A stretch of 64,000 nt of DNA, from assembly GCA_030704845.1 (NCBI GenBank), contig JAUYKZ010000002.1:15385-79384 (forward strand), read 5' to 3'. Each line of letters begins with the position of its first letter. The stretch's first letter is position 1. The notes under the pieces are model-generated. The model did not search any database. It saw only the letters and a list, made by a program, of their open reading frames with translations, and had not been told where the DNA came from. This document shows, piece after piece, positions 48,892 through 57,023 of the stretch. This DNA comes from an archaeon (GTDB taxonomy: Archaea > Nanobdellota > Nanobdellia > Woesearchaeales > GW2011-AR9). The position numbers and the translations under genes were made by a program.

Positions 48892-50370
48892 ATGAAATTC
48901 CGTGTCAAAGATATGGATATTGCTACCGGTGGTATTCATATTGCTATTCTTAATGAAAAAGATGCAATCAAACTAGATTTGAGATCTGGAGATCGCATAT
49001 TTCTAATTAAAGGAAGAAAAAAGACGACTTGCATCTTAGATATCTCTGAATCACGAAAAGCAGTTCCTCCTGGGAAAATAGGCTTATTTGAAGAAGTTTT
49101 AGACATTTTAAATGTTCGGCAAGGTAGTATTGTTGACCTCAAATTTACTGGGAAACCGGAATCAGTTATTCATATCCGTGACAAACTTTATGGTAAAGAG
49201 TTATCTTTTGCAGAATTAGATCACATCATTCGAGATATTTCTTCTAATGCTCTTACAGATATTGAAAAAACTTATTTTGTGGCATCTGGATTCGTCAATG
49301 GTTGGACTATTGATGAAGTTGTAAATATGTCGAAAGCCATGGTTAAAAATGGAAATCAAATTAAATTTAAAGGAATAACTCTTGATAAACATTGTATCGG
49401 CGGAATTCCGGGTAATAGAACTACAATGATCGTCGTTCCGATTATTGCAGCGGCCGGTTTTACAATCCCCAAAACAAGCTCTAGAGCAATTACTTCTCCG
49501 GCCGGTACAGCCGATACTATGGAATGTTTAGCTAAAGTAGAATTATCTCAGAAAAAAATCAAATCAATTGTAAAAAAAACAAAAGCATGTATTGTTCATG
49601 GTGGTGCAATGAATTTAGCTCCTGCCGACGACAAAATTATTGAAGTTGAACATCCTCTCTCGATAGATCCGGAAGGTCAATTGTTAGCTTCAGTGATGGC
49701 TAAAAAGCATTCGGTAAATGCAAATCACGTTTTAATTGATATTCCGATGGGCCAAAGTTCGAAAGCTAAAACCCGTAAAGATGCACGTCATTTAAGAAAA
49801 CAATTTATCAAGGTAGGTAAAAGGTTAAACATGAATGTTAAAGTGATTATTACCGATGGTTCTCATCCGATTGGAAATGGTATAGGTCCATTGTTAGAAG
49901 CTGAAGATGTAATGGCTGTATTACGTAACGATCCTCTTGCTCCTCAGGAGTTGAAAGAGAAAGCAATAAATATGGCCGGTTCATTGTTAGAAATGACTGG
50001 GAAGTATAGTCGTAGAGAAGCGCATAAATTGGCTTCAAATATTCTAGAATCCGGAAAAGCTTTACGCAAGATGGAAGATATCATCAAAGCTCAAGGTAAA
50101 CAGAAAAAATTTCATCTAGGAGAATTTAGGTATCATGTTATCTCTCGACAGAAAGGAAAAGTTAAAGAGATTGATAACGAAGTAATTGCTAAAATTGCTC
50201 GCTTGGCTGGTGCTCCGCAAGATAAAGGTTCAGGGTTATACTTGGTTAAAAATATTAAAGATAGGGTATTGTCTGGGGATACTTTGTACACAATCTATGC
50301 TGAAAATAAATTTAAATTAAATTTAGCTAAAGATTTTGTTAAAAAGAATAAAGGGTATTTGATTAAATAG
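48892..50370 (+). CDS. AMP phosphorylase (archaeal thymidine-phosphorylase family, DeoA-like)
   Basis: 492 aa. N-terminal MKFRVKDMDIATGG..ILNEKDA extension typical of archaeal AMP phosphorylase. Includes DKHCIGGIPGNRTT and TSSRAITSPAGTADT motifs. Confidence 0.75.
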   Translation: MKFRVKDMDIATGGIHIAILNEKDAIKLDLRSGDRIFLIKGRKKTTCILDISESRKAVPPGKIGLFEEVLDILNVRQGSIVDLKFTGKPESVIHIRDKLYGKELSFAELDHIIRDISSNALTDIEKTYFVASGFVNGWTIDEVVNMSKAMVKNGNQIKFKGITLDKHCIGGIPGNRTTMIVVPIIAAAGFTIPKTSSRAITSPAGTADTMECLAKVELSQKKIKSIVKKTKACIVHGGAMNLAPADDKIIEVEHPLSIDPEGQLLASVMAKKHSVNANHVLIDIPMGQSSKAKTRKDARHLRKQFIKVGKRLNMNVKVIITDGSHPIGNGIGPLLEAEDVMAVLRNDPLAPQELKEKAINMAGSLLEMTGKYSRREAHKLASNILESGKALRKMEDIIKAQGKQKKFHLGEFRYHVISRQKGKVKEIDNEVIAKIARLAGAPQDKGSGLYLVKNIKDRVLSGDTLYTIYAENKFKLNLAKDFVKKNKGYLIK

Positions 50371-50799
50371 TTAATCTAATCCAGTACTACCAAATCCACC
50401 TTCTCCTCGTTCTGTATTATCATCTAACTCTGTAACTTCGATAACTTCTTTTTGTTCAACAGGTTGAATTAACATTTGAGCAAATTTCTTTCCTAATTCA
50501 ATAGTATGAGTCTCATTAGAAAGATTATGGATCAAAATTTTTATTTCTCCCCGATAACCGGAATCAATTACTCCCGCCATAGTTTTCAATCCTTGGTTAG
50601 TTGCAATCCCGGATTTGTCCCAAATTAAACCTACATAACCGAGAGGAATAGCCATGGCAATTCCCGTAGGAATTAATTTTCTTTCTTGAGGCATGATAGT
50701 TGTTGTTTCATTAGCGTAGAAATCCATCCCGGCATCCCCTAAATTTGCATATTTAGGAATAATTGCATTTTCACATAACTTTTTTATTTTAATTGTCAT
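50371..50799 (-). CDS. dut: dUTP diphosphatase (trimeric dUTPase)
   Basis: 142 aa. AGMDF, GVIDSGYRGEI and the C-terminal RGEGGFGSTG motif. Confidence 0.85.
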   Translation of the reverse strand: MTIKIKKLCENAIIPKYANLGDAGMDFYANETTTIMPQERKLIPTGIAMAIPLGYVGLIWDKSGIATNQGLKTMAGVIDSGYRGEIKILIHNLSNETHTIELGKKFAQMLIQPVEQKEVIEVTELDDNTERGEGGFGSTGLD

Positions 50800-51010
50800 T
50801 TTGAATTGTAATCCTATAATAAATTTAAGGATTGTTGTTCTGGATAGATGAAATAAAGGAATTTTGTTATTGTTTACAATGTACTATGTTTTAACACACA
50901 TCGAAAATCTTATAACTCGGTTATGAAAAAGATTTGATTAATCTTGGTAAGTTTTTTAAATAAGGTTAATAATTAGATGTTTTGGGTGGTTTTCTGGTTT
51001 ACTGTTTAAG

Positions 51011-51994
51011 ATGATTGACTATATTGTTCCGGAATTGAAACAGAATCCTCACGATTGGGATACGTGGCTTTTTTATTCTGACCTTCTTCAAGGTCAAGGT
51101 AATCCTCTTGGAGAATTAATTGCTTTAGAACATCGTTTATTTTTCTCTTCAGGTCCTCTTGTAGGTTCTGATCATTCTGCTTTAATGGAAGCTAGAGAAA
51201 AAGCTCGGAATGGTGTAAAAGAAGATCTGAAGAAAAAAGGTGTTTCTCATGTTCTTGATTGGTATCACGGCCTTCCTCGTGATGTTGATTTTAATGGTAA
51301 TAATGAACAGAAATCTGAATTAGTTAAATGGAATCCTTTCATTCGGTGTATTGGGACAATTCAAGGATCTTACGGGGATTTCTCTCAACTAGTCCCTGGC
51401 ACCAGAAGACACGTTGACGAATTGTGGAATGATAGGCTGGTTAATCCTGAACTGAGAGATAAATGTTTTTATACTGCGGATGGAGCAATTTATTTCATGC
51501 GCGATGGCAAACCTTATTTTGCTTTTACTAGAGAAAGAAGCAATCCTGCTTTCAAGAATCTTAACGAAGCATGTAAGCAATTACAAGATAATGTTAATTA
51601 TACTGTTTCTGAAGAAGATTTAGAATCCGCTCTTGCTGATCCAGAAACGGAATTATTTGAGTTATCTAAATTAAACGGGAATAACTCCTTCTTTACCGAA
51701 TTATCTACTAAAAATCCTAAACTAGATTCTCTTAGTGAGGATGGAAGAAGGTTAATTCATCGTGTTTATGGCAAAGATAATTTTGATGAAGTCATGTCTA
51801 TGTTAGCTAAACGGTGGTCTATAACAAGAACTTACGTTTTGAATCCTGATTATGTTCGTGAACATGCTTCTGCTGGTGCATTCGGGCGGGCGTCCTGGTT
51901 GGGCAGCAATAGCTTCCTCGCAAGTGATTGCGGTATCAATCTTCATTACCGCCTTCGTGGGGTAGTTCAATCCGAGCCCGCAGGCGAGAGTTGA
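51011..51994 (+). CDS. DGR variable (target) protein
   Basis: 327 aa. The C-terminal FGRASWLGSNSFLASDCGINLHYRLRGV is encoded by the VR. The pattern (..SW..variable..R.RG.) resembles the C-type-lectin/FGE-like VR scaffold. The N-terminal KQNPHDWDTWLFYSDLLQGQGNPLGELIALEHRL resembles the TIGR02996-type segment. No signal peptide or TM helix. Confidence 0.75.
   Translation: MIDYIVPELKQNPHDWDTWLFYSDLLQGQGNPLGELIALEHRLFFSSGPLVGSDHSALMEAREKARNGVKEDLKKKGVSHVLDWYHGLPRDVDFNGNNEQKSELVKWNPFIRCIGTIQGSYGDFSQLVPGTRRHVDELWNDRLVNPELRDKCFYTADGAIYFMRDGKPYFAFTRERSNPAFKNLNEACKQLQDNVNYTVSEEDLESALADPETELFELSKLNGNNSFFTELSTKNPKLDSLSEDGRRLIHRVYGKDNFDEVMSMLAKRWSITRTYVLNPDYVREHASAGAFGRASWLGSNSFLASDCGINLHYRLRGVVQSEPAGES
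51880..51965 (+). repeat. DGR variable repeat (VR)
   Basis: 86 nt aligned by hand to 52272..52357 at a constant offset of 392 nt. There are 14 differences, all at template A positions. Confidence 0.85.
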
Positions 51995-52012
51995 GTTTAA
52001 AGGAGAGTTTTT

Positions 52013-52029
52013 AACCGCCGGAGGCGGTT
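52013..52029 (+). promoter_or_regulatory. GC-rich hairpin about 50 nt downstream of VR (terminator and/or DGR target-recognition stem-loop)
   Basis: AACCGCC-GGA-GGCGGTT, a 7-bp stem in an AT-rich context, 19 nt after the target stop codon. Confidence 0.4.
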
Positions 52030-52271
52030 CGAAAATAATATAGGCTAGATAATAGAAATATTATTAAAAATCTTAGATTCATTAGTTTTTCTCAGCACTC
52101 CTTATTTGAGGAGAGGAGATGCTGGACTACACGCTCTTGTGCTATGATCGAGGTGACTTGGTTATGAAACTTTCATTATAGACTAATTCTATAGTGATAA
52201 GACAGCTATGACAAATTACTTAAGAGTAATCTTGAAGTAGTAGAGAAAGTATACAGCATTAAGAGCTACTA

Positions 52272-52357
52272 ATTCGGGCGGGCGTCCTGGTTGAGCAACA
52301 ATAACTTCAACGCAAATGATTACAATATCAATAATCATAACCGCCTTCGTGGAATAG
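52272..52357 (+). repeat. DGR template repeat (TR)
   Basis: In the target frame it reads FGRASWLSNNNFNANDYNINNHNRLRG, with AAY-rich variable codons. It contains 28 A, of which 14 are substituted in VR. It ends in the shared GC-rich block CCGCCTTCGTGG. Confidence 0.85.
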
Positions 52358-52773
52358 CCCAGCATCTGCTGAGACCTTTTCAATTGGCAGGATATAGAAA
52401 TCTTTGGCAGGAAGTCTGTGATTATAGTAATCTATTGTTAGCATATAAGAAAGCACGAAAGCACAAAACTCAGCGTCCATATGTTCTTGAGTTCGAGGAA
52501 AATCTTACAGAAAACCTAAAATTATTACAAACAGAACTTTTTCTTCATTCTTATCGTCCACGACCATTAGAGACTTTCATTCTTAGAGATCCAAAGACAA
52601 GAAAGATTAGCAGATCAGATTTCAGAGATCGTGTTGTTCATCATGCTTTATGTAATATCATTGAACCTTTCTTTGAAAAAGTTTTCATTTATGATTCTTA
52701 TGCTAACAGAAAAGGCAAGGGAACACTAAAAGCAATAGAAAGATTTGAAGATTTTTATCGTAAGTTATACTAA
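52291..52773 (+). pseudogene. DGR-type reverse transcriptase, N-terminal stump (about 130 aa of RT), truncated at a MITE
   Basis: ..YSNLLLAYKKARKHK..PLETFILRDPKTRKISRSDFRDRVVHHALCNIIEP..IYDSYANRKGKGTLKAIERF.. is about two-thirds identical by hand alignment (75/115) to the N-terminus of the full RT at 61661..63367. It lacks the GNLTSQ and YVDD motifs. There is no ATG in the frame; the track start is TTG at 52291 inside the TR, and another TTG lies at 52384. The stop TAA is supplied by the MITE end. Confidence 0.8.
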
Positions 52774-52949
52774 AGTGCCAAAGCTTTCGAACTTATTTTT
52801 GGCACTTTATATATATAAAATGTGTTAATATACTCAACGCTAAATGAAATTTGGAACTTAATTCATTTAGCGTTTGTATATACCAACGAAAAGTTCACAA
52901 AAATACTTTTCGTTCAGTATATATTCGAAATCTAACGCATTTTAGTATA
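52766..52949 (+). mobile_element. MITE-like element, copy 4, carrying a nested second MITE
   Basis: The left 65 nt and right 28 nt match the 93-bp element (1 mismatch). It is interrupted at an internal TA. Confidence 0.85.
52831..52919 (+). mobile_element. nested 89-bp MITE (second subfamily) inside copy 4
   Basis: TIR is TACTCAACG / CGTTCAGTA. TA is duplicated on both sides (52829..52830 and 52920..52921). Two hairpins (AACGCTAAATGAA..TTCATTTAGCGTT and AACGAAAAGT..ACTTTTCGTT) are separated by TATATA. It has the same 89-nt length and architecture as the host MITE core. Confidence 0.75.
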
Positions 52950-53187
52950 CAATTAATTTAAGGATTATTGTTCTTGATGAACCACATCAAGAGAGTAACT
53001 GCCAAGTAACAACAAAGTCGAAACATTTATATTTCCGCTACAGATTAATAGCGCTTTCCCCAAAATCGCTACAAGCGGATGAGCTTGATATTTGGAGCGT
53101 GTCTGATCCTTTTTTCTGAACATCGTCAGAAATGACCAGTCTTATATGGTTAGTGTAAGGGCTTGGATATATAGTTTGTGTCCACCT

Positions 53188-53214
53188 TGTCAAGTCTGTC
53201 AAGTGTACAAGTCC
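53188..53214 (+). repeat. three tandem 9-mers TGTCAAGTC / TGTCAAGTG / TACAAGTCC
   Basis: Located 57 nt downstream of the integrase stop. Related boxes flank the other side of the same gene: ATCAAGTCC at 54301..54309 and the inverted GACTTGACA at 54344..54352. Confidence 0.5.
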
Positions 53215-53270
53215 ACTCTCTAAGATGATAAGAATTCTATTTCAATCAATATAAAATTATCTGCCGCATT

Positions 53271-54233
53271 TTATCTTTCCATAGAGCTTACTACAACAGC
53301 ATTCTCCTGCTGAACAGGCCCTCCTTTTCTCATCTGACGACTCTCATATAATGCCCTATTCTGCATTAGTTTCTCAGCTTCTTCTACAGCTATTTTACTC
53401 GTGTTTTTGACGTTATCTGGGCTTCCATTACTGATAATAATTGATTGTTTGACTAATTCCTTAAGTTCAGATATTTCGTCTTTAAGAGCCTTCATTTGAG
53501 CCCCTTCCTGCTCTGGAATGGTGTTGAATACCTCATTGACTATATCTCTCTTGGCCACGAGGCTTGTTGTTAGATATCTTTCTGTACTTCTTAGGTTTTT
53601 GTGTCTTCCTGTTATTTGAGCTGCAAATACGCCTCTCCTGTCGCAGATCTTCTGCAGATAATAGTGCCTGAGTGTATGATAGCTTAAAACTGAGAGAGTA
53701 TGGCCATCTTTTGTCATTCCATACTTATGATCTAAACCAGCTTTCTTTCTCGTATCTTCAAGATGTTTTCTGATGGTTTGTTCTGCTAGGTGCTTTTCTT
53801 TATGGCCTGACTTCATTACTCTCATTCTCCAGAAAAGGTAATATTCTCCTCTGAGTTCATTTTGATTGATGTCTTTGCCATGACTTCCATTAAGAACTAT
53901 TTCTGACTTGTATTTCATGATGTGATCTTTTATCCGTCTCATCATTTCATCAGGAATTATGATCTTCTCAAATCGTTCTTTATTCTTTTGTTCAGGTAGA
54001 GTGAGTGTCTTGTCCATGAAGTCTATGTCTTCAATTCTTATTCTGCAGGTTTCAGCGCTTCTTAGGCCAAGCATTGCTGCACAGCAGTAAACATTTTCCC
54101 AAAAGAACACATATTTCTCTTCTTCTATAAATGGAATTGCAGAGAGGAATCTACCGAGTTGTTCTTCTGTGATTGTCTTTTCCTTGGCTTCGTTCCTGTG
54201 CCCAAATTGCATCCTCCCATTGTTGACTTTCAT
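53271..54233 (-). CDS. tyrosine recombinase / integrase (copy 1)
   Basis: 320 aa. Box I LGLRSAETCRIRIEDID, HTLRHYY, and GRHKNLRSTERY with the presumed nucleophile Tyr. Confidence 0.8.
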   Translation of the reverse strand: MKVNNGRMQFGHRNEAKEKTITEEQLGRFLSAIPFIEEEKYVFFWENVYCCAAMLGLRSAETCRIRIEDIDFMDKTLTLPEQKNKERFEKIIIPDEMMRRIKDHIMKYKSEIVLNGSHGKDINQNELRGEYYLFWRMRVMKSGHKEKHLAEQTIRKHLEDTRKKAGLDHKYGMTKDGHTLSVLSYHTLRHYYLQKICDRRGVFAAQITGRHKNLRSTERYLTTSLVAKRDIVNEVFNTIPEQEGAQMKALKDEISELKELVKQSIIISNGSPDNVKNTSKIAVEEAEKLMQNRALYESRQMRKGGPVQQENAVVVSSMER

Positions 54234-54466
54234 GTTGTAGAGTAACCCCTCTCATAAGAATATTCGTGTCCATTGTCATTTATAATTCCCGTGTCCCCAT
54301 ATCAAGTCCAAGAAAACCACAGAGGAAGATAGTGGGAAAAATAGACTTGACAGTATCTGACAAATGCAGAAATTCTGTAGAAAATAGGTATTTTGAGGAC
54401 AAGATTTATATATGCTGATAGTCTCACAAAGTATAGACATTAGCGGAAATTACCGAGGAGAACACA

Positions 54467-54634
54467 ATGCCAGAGAAAATAAAGATGAAAACAAAAAACC
54501 TGATCATAGAGCCAGGAAACATAGAAGTCAAAACGGTTGTAAAATCTGGAAATGGAGCAGTAATCCCATACACCAAAAAATACATCGGAAAAGAAGTTTA
54601 TGTAATCTTAAAAGAGAAATGCAAGACTGAGTAA
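54467..54634 (+). CDS. small AbrB/SpoVT-like (swapped-hairpin) protein, 55 aa
   Basis: Not in the track (under 60 aa). MPEKIKMKTKNLIIEPGNIEVKTVVKSGNGAVIPYTKKYIGKEVYVILKEKCKTE has the G-N-x-x-x-I-P..G..V.V pattern. Preferred over the out-of-frame track ORF 54412..54630. Confidence 0.45.
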   Translation: MPEKIKMKTKNLIIEPGNIEVKTVVKSGNGAVIPYTKKYIGKEVYVILKEKCKTE

Positions 54635-54710
54635 ATGATCATAACGGGATTGAGTATTCTCGCAAAAGTACCCTCAATCCCGATGAGTAAAACCATAGGA
54701 GGTCATACCC

Positions 54711-55028
54711 ATGAAGGGAAATAAACACAAAGATAGATATAAAAATGTCGGTTCAGAACCGAAAAAAGAACAACCAGCAACAGAACAGAGCATTTTGCCA
54801 CATCGAGAAATTGCCTATCAAGTTCTAAAAGATAATGGCAAGCCAATGCATTACAAAGAGATAACTGCAGAAGTTCTCAAAAGAAGCAAATCAGTAGGAA
54901 CTACACCACAGAATAGTATTTTCTCGAGATTAATTACTGACACGCAGAAACGCTTTGTAAAGACTGCAAAAGGTACATTCGGATTAACTGAATGGAATTC
55001 TAAGGAGGCTGAGAAAAATGCCAAATGA
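54711..55028 (+). CDS. HARE-HTH domain protein
   Basis: LPHREIAYQVLKDNGKPMHYKEITAEVLKR...TPQNSIFSRLITD..RFVKTAKGTFGLTEW matches the HARE-HTH (RpoE-delta N-terminal-like) pattern. Confidence 0.6.
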   Translation: MKGNKHKDRYKNVGSEPKKEQPATEQSILPHREIAYQVLKDNGKPMHYKEITAEVLKRSKSVGTTPQNSIFSRLITDTQKRFVKTAKGTFGLTEWNSKEAEKNAK

Positions 55029-55362
55029 AACAGGATTAATCTCGGCTGTTAATCAGAGAGAAAGCAACAAGTACGGAGTCAAGATCAATGATGAATGGTA
55101 CGGTGGATATGGTGTTTGTCCTGTAAAGAAAGGCGATACTGCTTCTGTTGAATACAAGCTAAATGGTAAGTACAGAAATATCATAAAGATAGAAAGAGAA
55201 AAAGAAGCAGAAGCCCAACCAAACAACAAAGATAATGTTGTGGAAGATATTCATCTCCAAGTTTGTCTTAAAGCAGCTGCACAAATCTTAACAGGAACAA
55301 AAACGCCAGCATCAGAAGTAGCACAATACTCAAGAGAACTTCTAAAAGAGATCTGGGGATGA
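55018..55362 (+). CDS. hypothetical protein
   Basis: 114 aa, overlapping the upstream gene by 11 nt (operon-like). No motif recognised. Confidence 0.45.
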   Translation: MPNETGLISAVNQRESNKYGVKINDEWYGGYGVCPVKKGDTASVEYKLNGKYRNIIKIEREKEAEAQPNNKDNVVEDIHLQVCLKAAAQILTGTKTPASEVAQYSRELLKEIWG

Positions 55363-55367
55363 TTTAG

Positions 55368-56249
55368 ATGGCTCAAGACGCAAAAGCAAAATCAATCACA
55401 GAGGCACAATTTAATATGTTCATGGAAGCAGTAAGAGAAATCGAGAAAAGATATGACGATGATTATGTGAAATTCTGGGAGAATACTTACTATTGTGCAA
55501 GCGAACTCGGATTAAGAAGCGTCGAAGTATGCAAGATAAAAGTTGAACACATTGACTTCTTTGAAAAGACTTTGCTTTTACCAGAACAGAAAAATAAAGA
55601 AAAATACGAGAAGATTATAGTCCCTGATTTTATGGTTGACAGATTCAAAGATCATATTTTGAATTACAAATCACAGATTGCACTTGCTGATAATTATCTT
55701 TTCTGGAGACAAAGATATGGAAGAACTTCAAGATGTGGAAGAACCCCCACATCTGGAAAATATGTTTTAGGGAGAGAACAACACATGAGTCCTGGAACAA
55801 TAAGAACCCATACAATTAGAGCAAGAAAGAAAGCAGGACTCGACCATAAATATGGCAAAAGCAATTCAGGCCATCAATTATCTGTATTGAGTTTTCACAC
55901 ATTAAGACACTTTTATTTACAAAAAATTTGTGATAAGAGAGGTGTTTTTGCTGCACAAATCTGTGGAAGACACAGAAATCTTAGAAGCACTGAGAGATAC
56001 ATTAAATCAAGCTTACAAGCAAAAAGAGATATCGTGAATGCAGTCTTTAACACAACTGAAGAGAAGCATTCTGTGGAAATTGATCAATTAAAGAATCAAA
56101 TTACTGAGCTGACAAATTTAGTAAAAGTTATCGCTACACCACAATCAGCTGCATGTACTCCTGCAACACACAAGTTTGCAGAAGAAGAAGCGATCATGAT
56201 GCTTCAAAACAATTTATTCAATCAAAAACGAAGAGTGGAGAGAGATTAA
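55368..56249 (+). CDS. tyrosine recombinase / integrase (copy 2, paralog of 53271..54233)
   Basis: 293 aa. LGLRSVEVCKIKVEHID, HTLRHFY and GRHRNLRSTERY. Long collinear identity with copy 1 (for example KKAGLDHKYG....GH.LSVLS.HTLRH.YLQKICD.RGVFAAQI.GRH.NLRSTERY). Confidence 0.8.
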   Translation: MAQDAKAKSITEAQFNMFMEAVREIEKRYDDDYVKFWENTYYCASELGLRSVEVCKIKVEHIDFFEKTLLLPEQKNKEKYEKIIVPDFMVDRFKDHILNYKSQIALADNYLFWRQRYGRTSRCGRTPTSGKYVLGREQHMSPGTIRTHTIRARKKAGLDHKYGKSNSGHQLSVLSFHTLRHFYLQKICDKRGVFAAQICGRHRNLRSTERYIKSSLQAKRDIVNAVFNTTEEKHSVEIDQLKNQITELTNLVKVIATPQSAACTPATHKFAEEEAIMMLQNNLFNQKRRVERD

Positions 56250-56250
56250 A

Positions 56251-56460
56251 ATGAGAGAATGGAACTGTCCAAAATGCAAGAAAACAGTAACTTGTCATCC
56301 TGGAACAAGTAGACGAGACAATAAGACAAAAATATGTTCTGAATGTTGTACTGACGAGGCAATATTTGATTTTCAAGTAGCTCTTTCAAAACAGAAAAAG
56401 AAAATCTTTCCAGAGAATTTTATTGCTCTGGAGAAAGAATGGCTCAAGGAGGTAAACTAA
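56251..56460 (+). CDS. small zinc-ribbon protein
   Basis: 69 aa with CPKC ... CSECC cysteine pairs. Confidence 0.45.
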   Translation: MREWNCPKCKKTVTCHPGTSRRDNKTKICSECCTDEAIFDFQVALSKQKKKIFPENFIALEKEWLKEVN

Positions 56461-56461
56461 G

Positions 56462-56839
56462 ATGACATTAGATGTAAGAATAGGTAAAAAAATAGGAGAT
56501 TCTTCTGTTGAACAATGTCCTGATGCTAAAGAAAACATTTGTGATCCACTGCATACAAATTGGCCAACAGAATCGTACAGAAGTGGAAATAACTTTTCAT
56601 TCTGGAAGTTTTTTACAAAAAACAAGGACTTGAAAGCAATATATTTGGAGATGAGAAAACATCCAAATACAAATGATTTGGATTTAGCACTAATCAAACC
56701 ATTTCTAAAACGTATAAACAAACTAAAAGATGCTGATTTTGTCAATGAAGTAGATAAGGATAGATTGAAGTGGCTAAAATATTGGAGTAACAAAGCAGTT
56801 GAATTATATGGAAACGAAGCAGCTATTTTATTTAGTTAA
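56462..56839 (+). CDS. hypothetical protein
   Basis: 125 aa, tightly packed after the upstream gene. No motif recognised. Confidence 0.4.
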   Translation: MTLDVRIGKKIGDSSVEQCPDAKENICDPLHTNWPTESYRSGNNFSFWKFFTKNKDLKAIYLEMRKHPNTNDLDLALIKPFLKRINKLKDADFVNEVDKDRLKWLKYWSNKAVELYGNEAAILFS

Positions 56840-56851
56840 GGAGAGTGGACA

Positions 56852-56989
56852 ATGGTTGATAAATATGAAAAAAAGCATATCAAAGCCATCAAGAACTGTG
56901 TAACAGATGACGATTTGGCTGTTGTAATTAACAGAATCTATGATGATGGTTTTCAGGATGGAGCAAACGAAGGTTCAAAATCCAAATAA
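56852..56989 (+). CDS. small ORF (45 aa)
   Basis: Not in the track. AAGGAGAG box upstream of the ATG at 56852. Product is MVDKYEKKHIKAIKNCVTDDDLAVVINRIYDDGFQDGANEGSKSK. Confidence 0.3.
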   Translation: MVDKYEKKHIKAIKNCVTDDDLAVVINRIYDDGFQDGANEGSKSK

Positions 56990-57023
56990 TTTCTTTATTC
57001 TTTCCCAAAGTGAGATCTTGATC

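Larger units (their letters stand above)
51011..52773 (+). other. DGR cassette: target gene with VR / 277-nt spacer / TR / RT stump
   Basis: See the component features. Order and orientation match canonical DGRs, with no avd-like ORF in the spacer. Confidence 0.8.

Noticed and set aside
52950-53135. Possibility that the RT stump continues after the MITE (one frame is open for about 62 codons)
   Set aside because: The translation (INLRIIVLDEPHQESNCQVTT...) has no similarity to the corresponding part of the full-length RT. The other two frames have immediate stops.
53188-53214. Tandem 9-mers as a miniature CRISPR or satellite array
   Set aside because: There are only three contiguous 9-nt units with no spacers, and no cas genes in the window. 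They are more consistent with protein-binding sites. No CRISPR array was seen anywhere in the window.
54412-54630. 72-aa track ORF in the integrase/HARE-HTH intergenic region
   Set aside because: Its sequence is Arg/Lys/His-rich and looks like noise. The overlapping 55-aa frame (54467..54634) gives an AbrB-like protein with a sensible start, so that frame is preferred.
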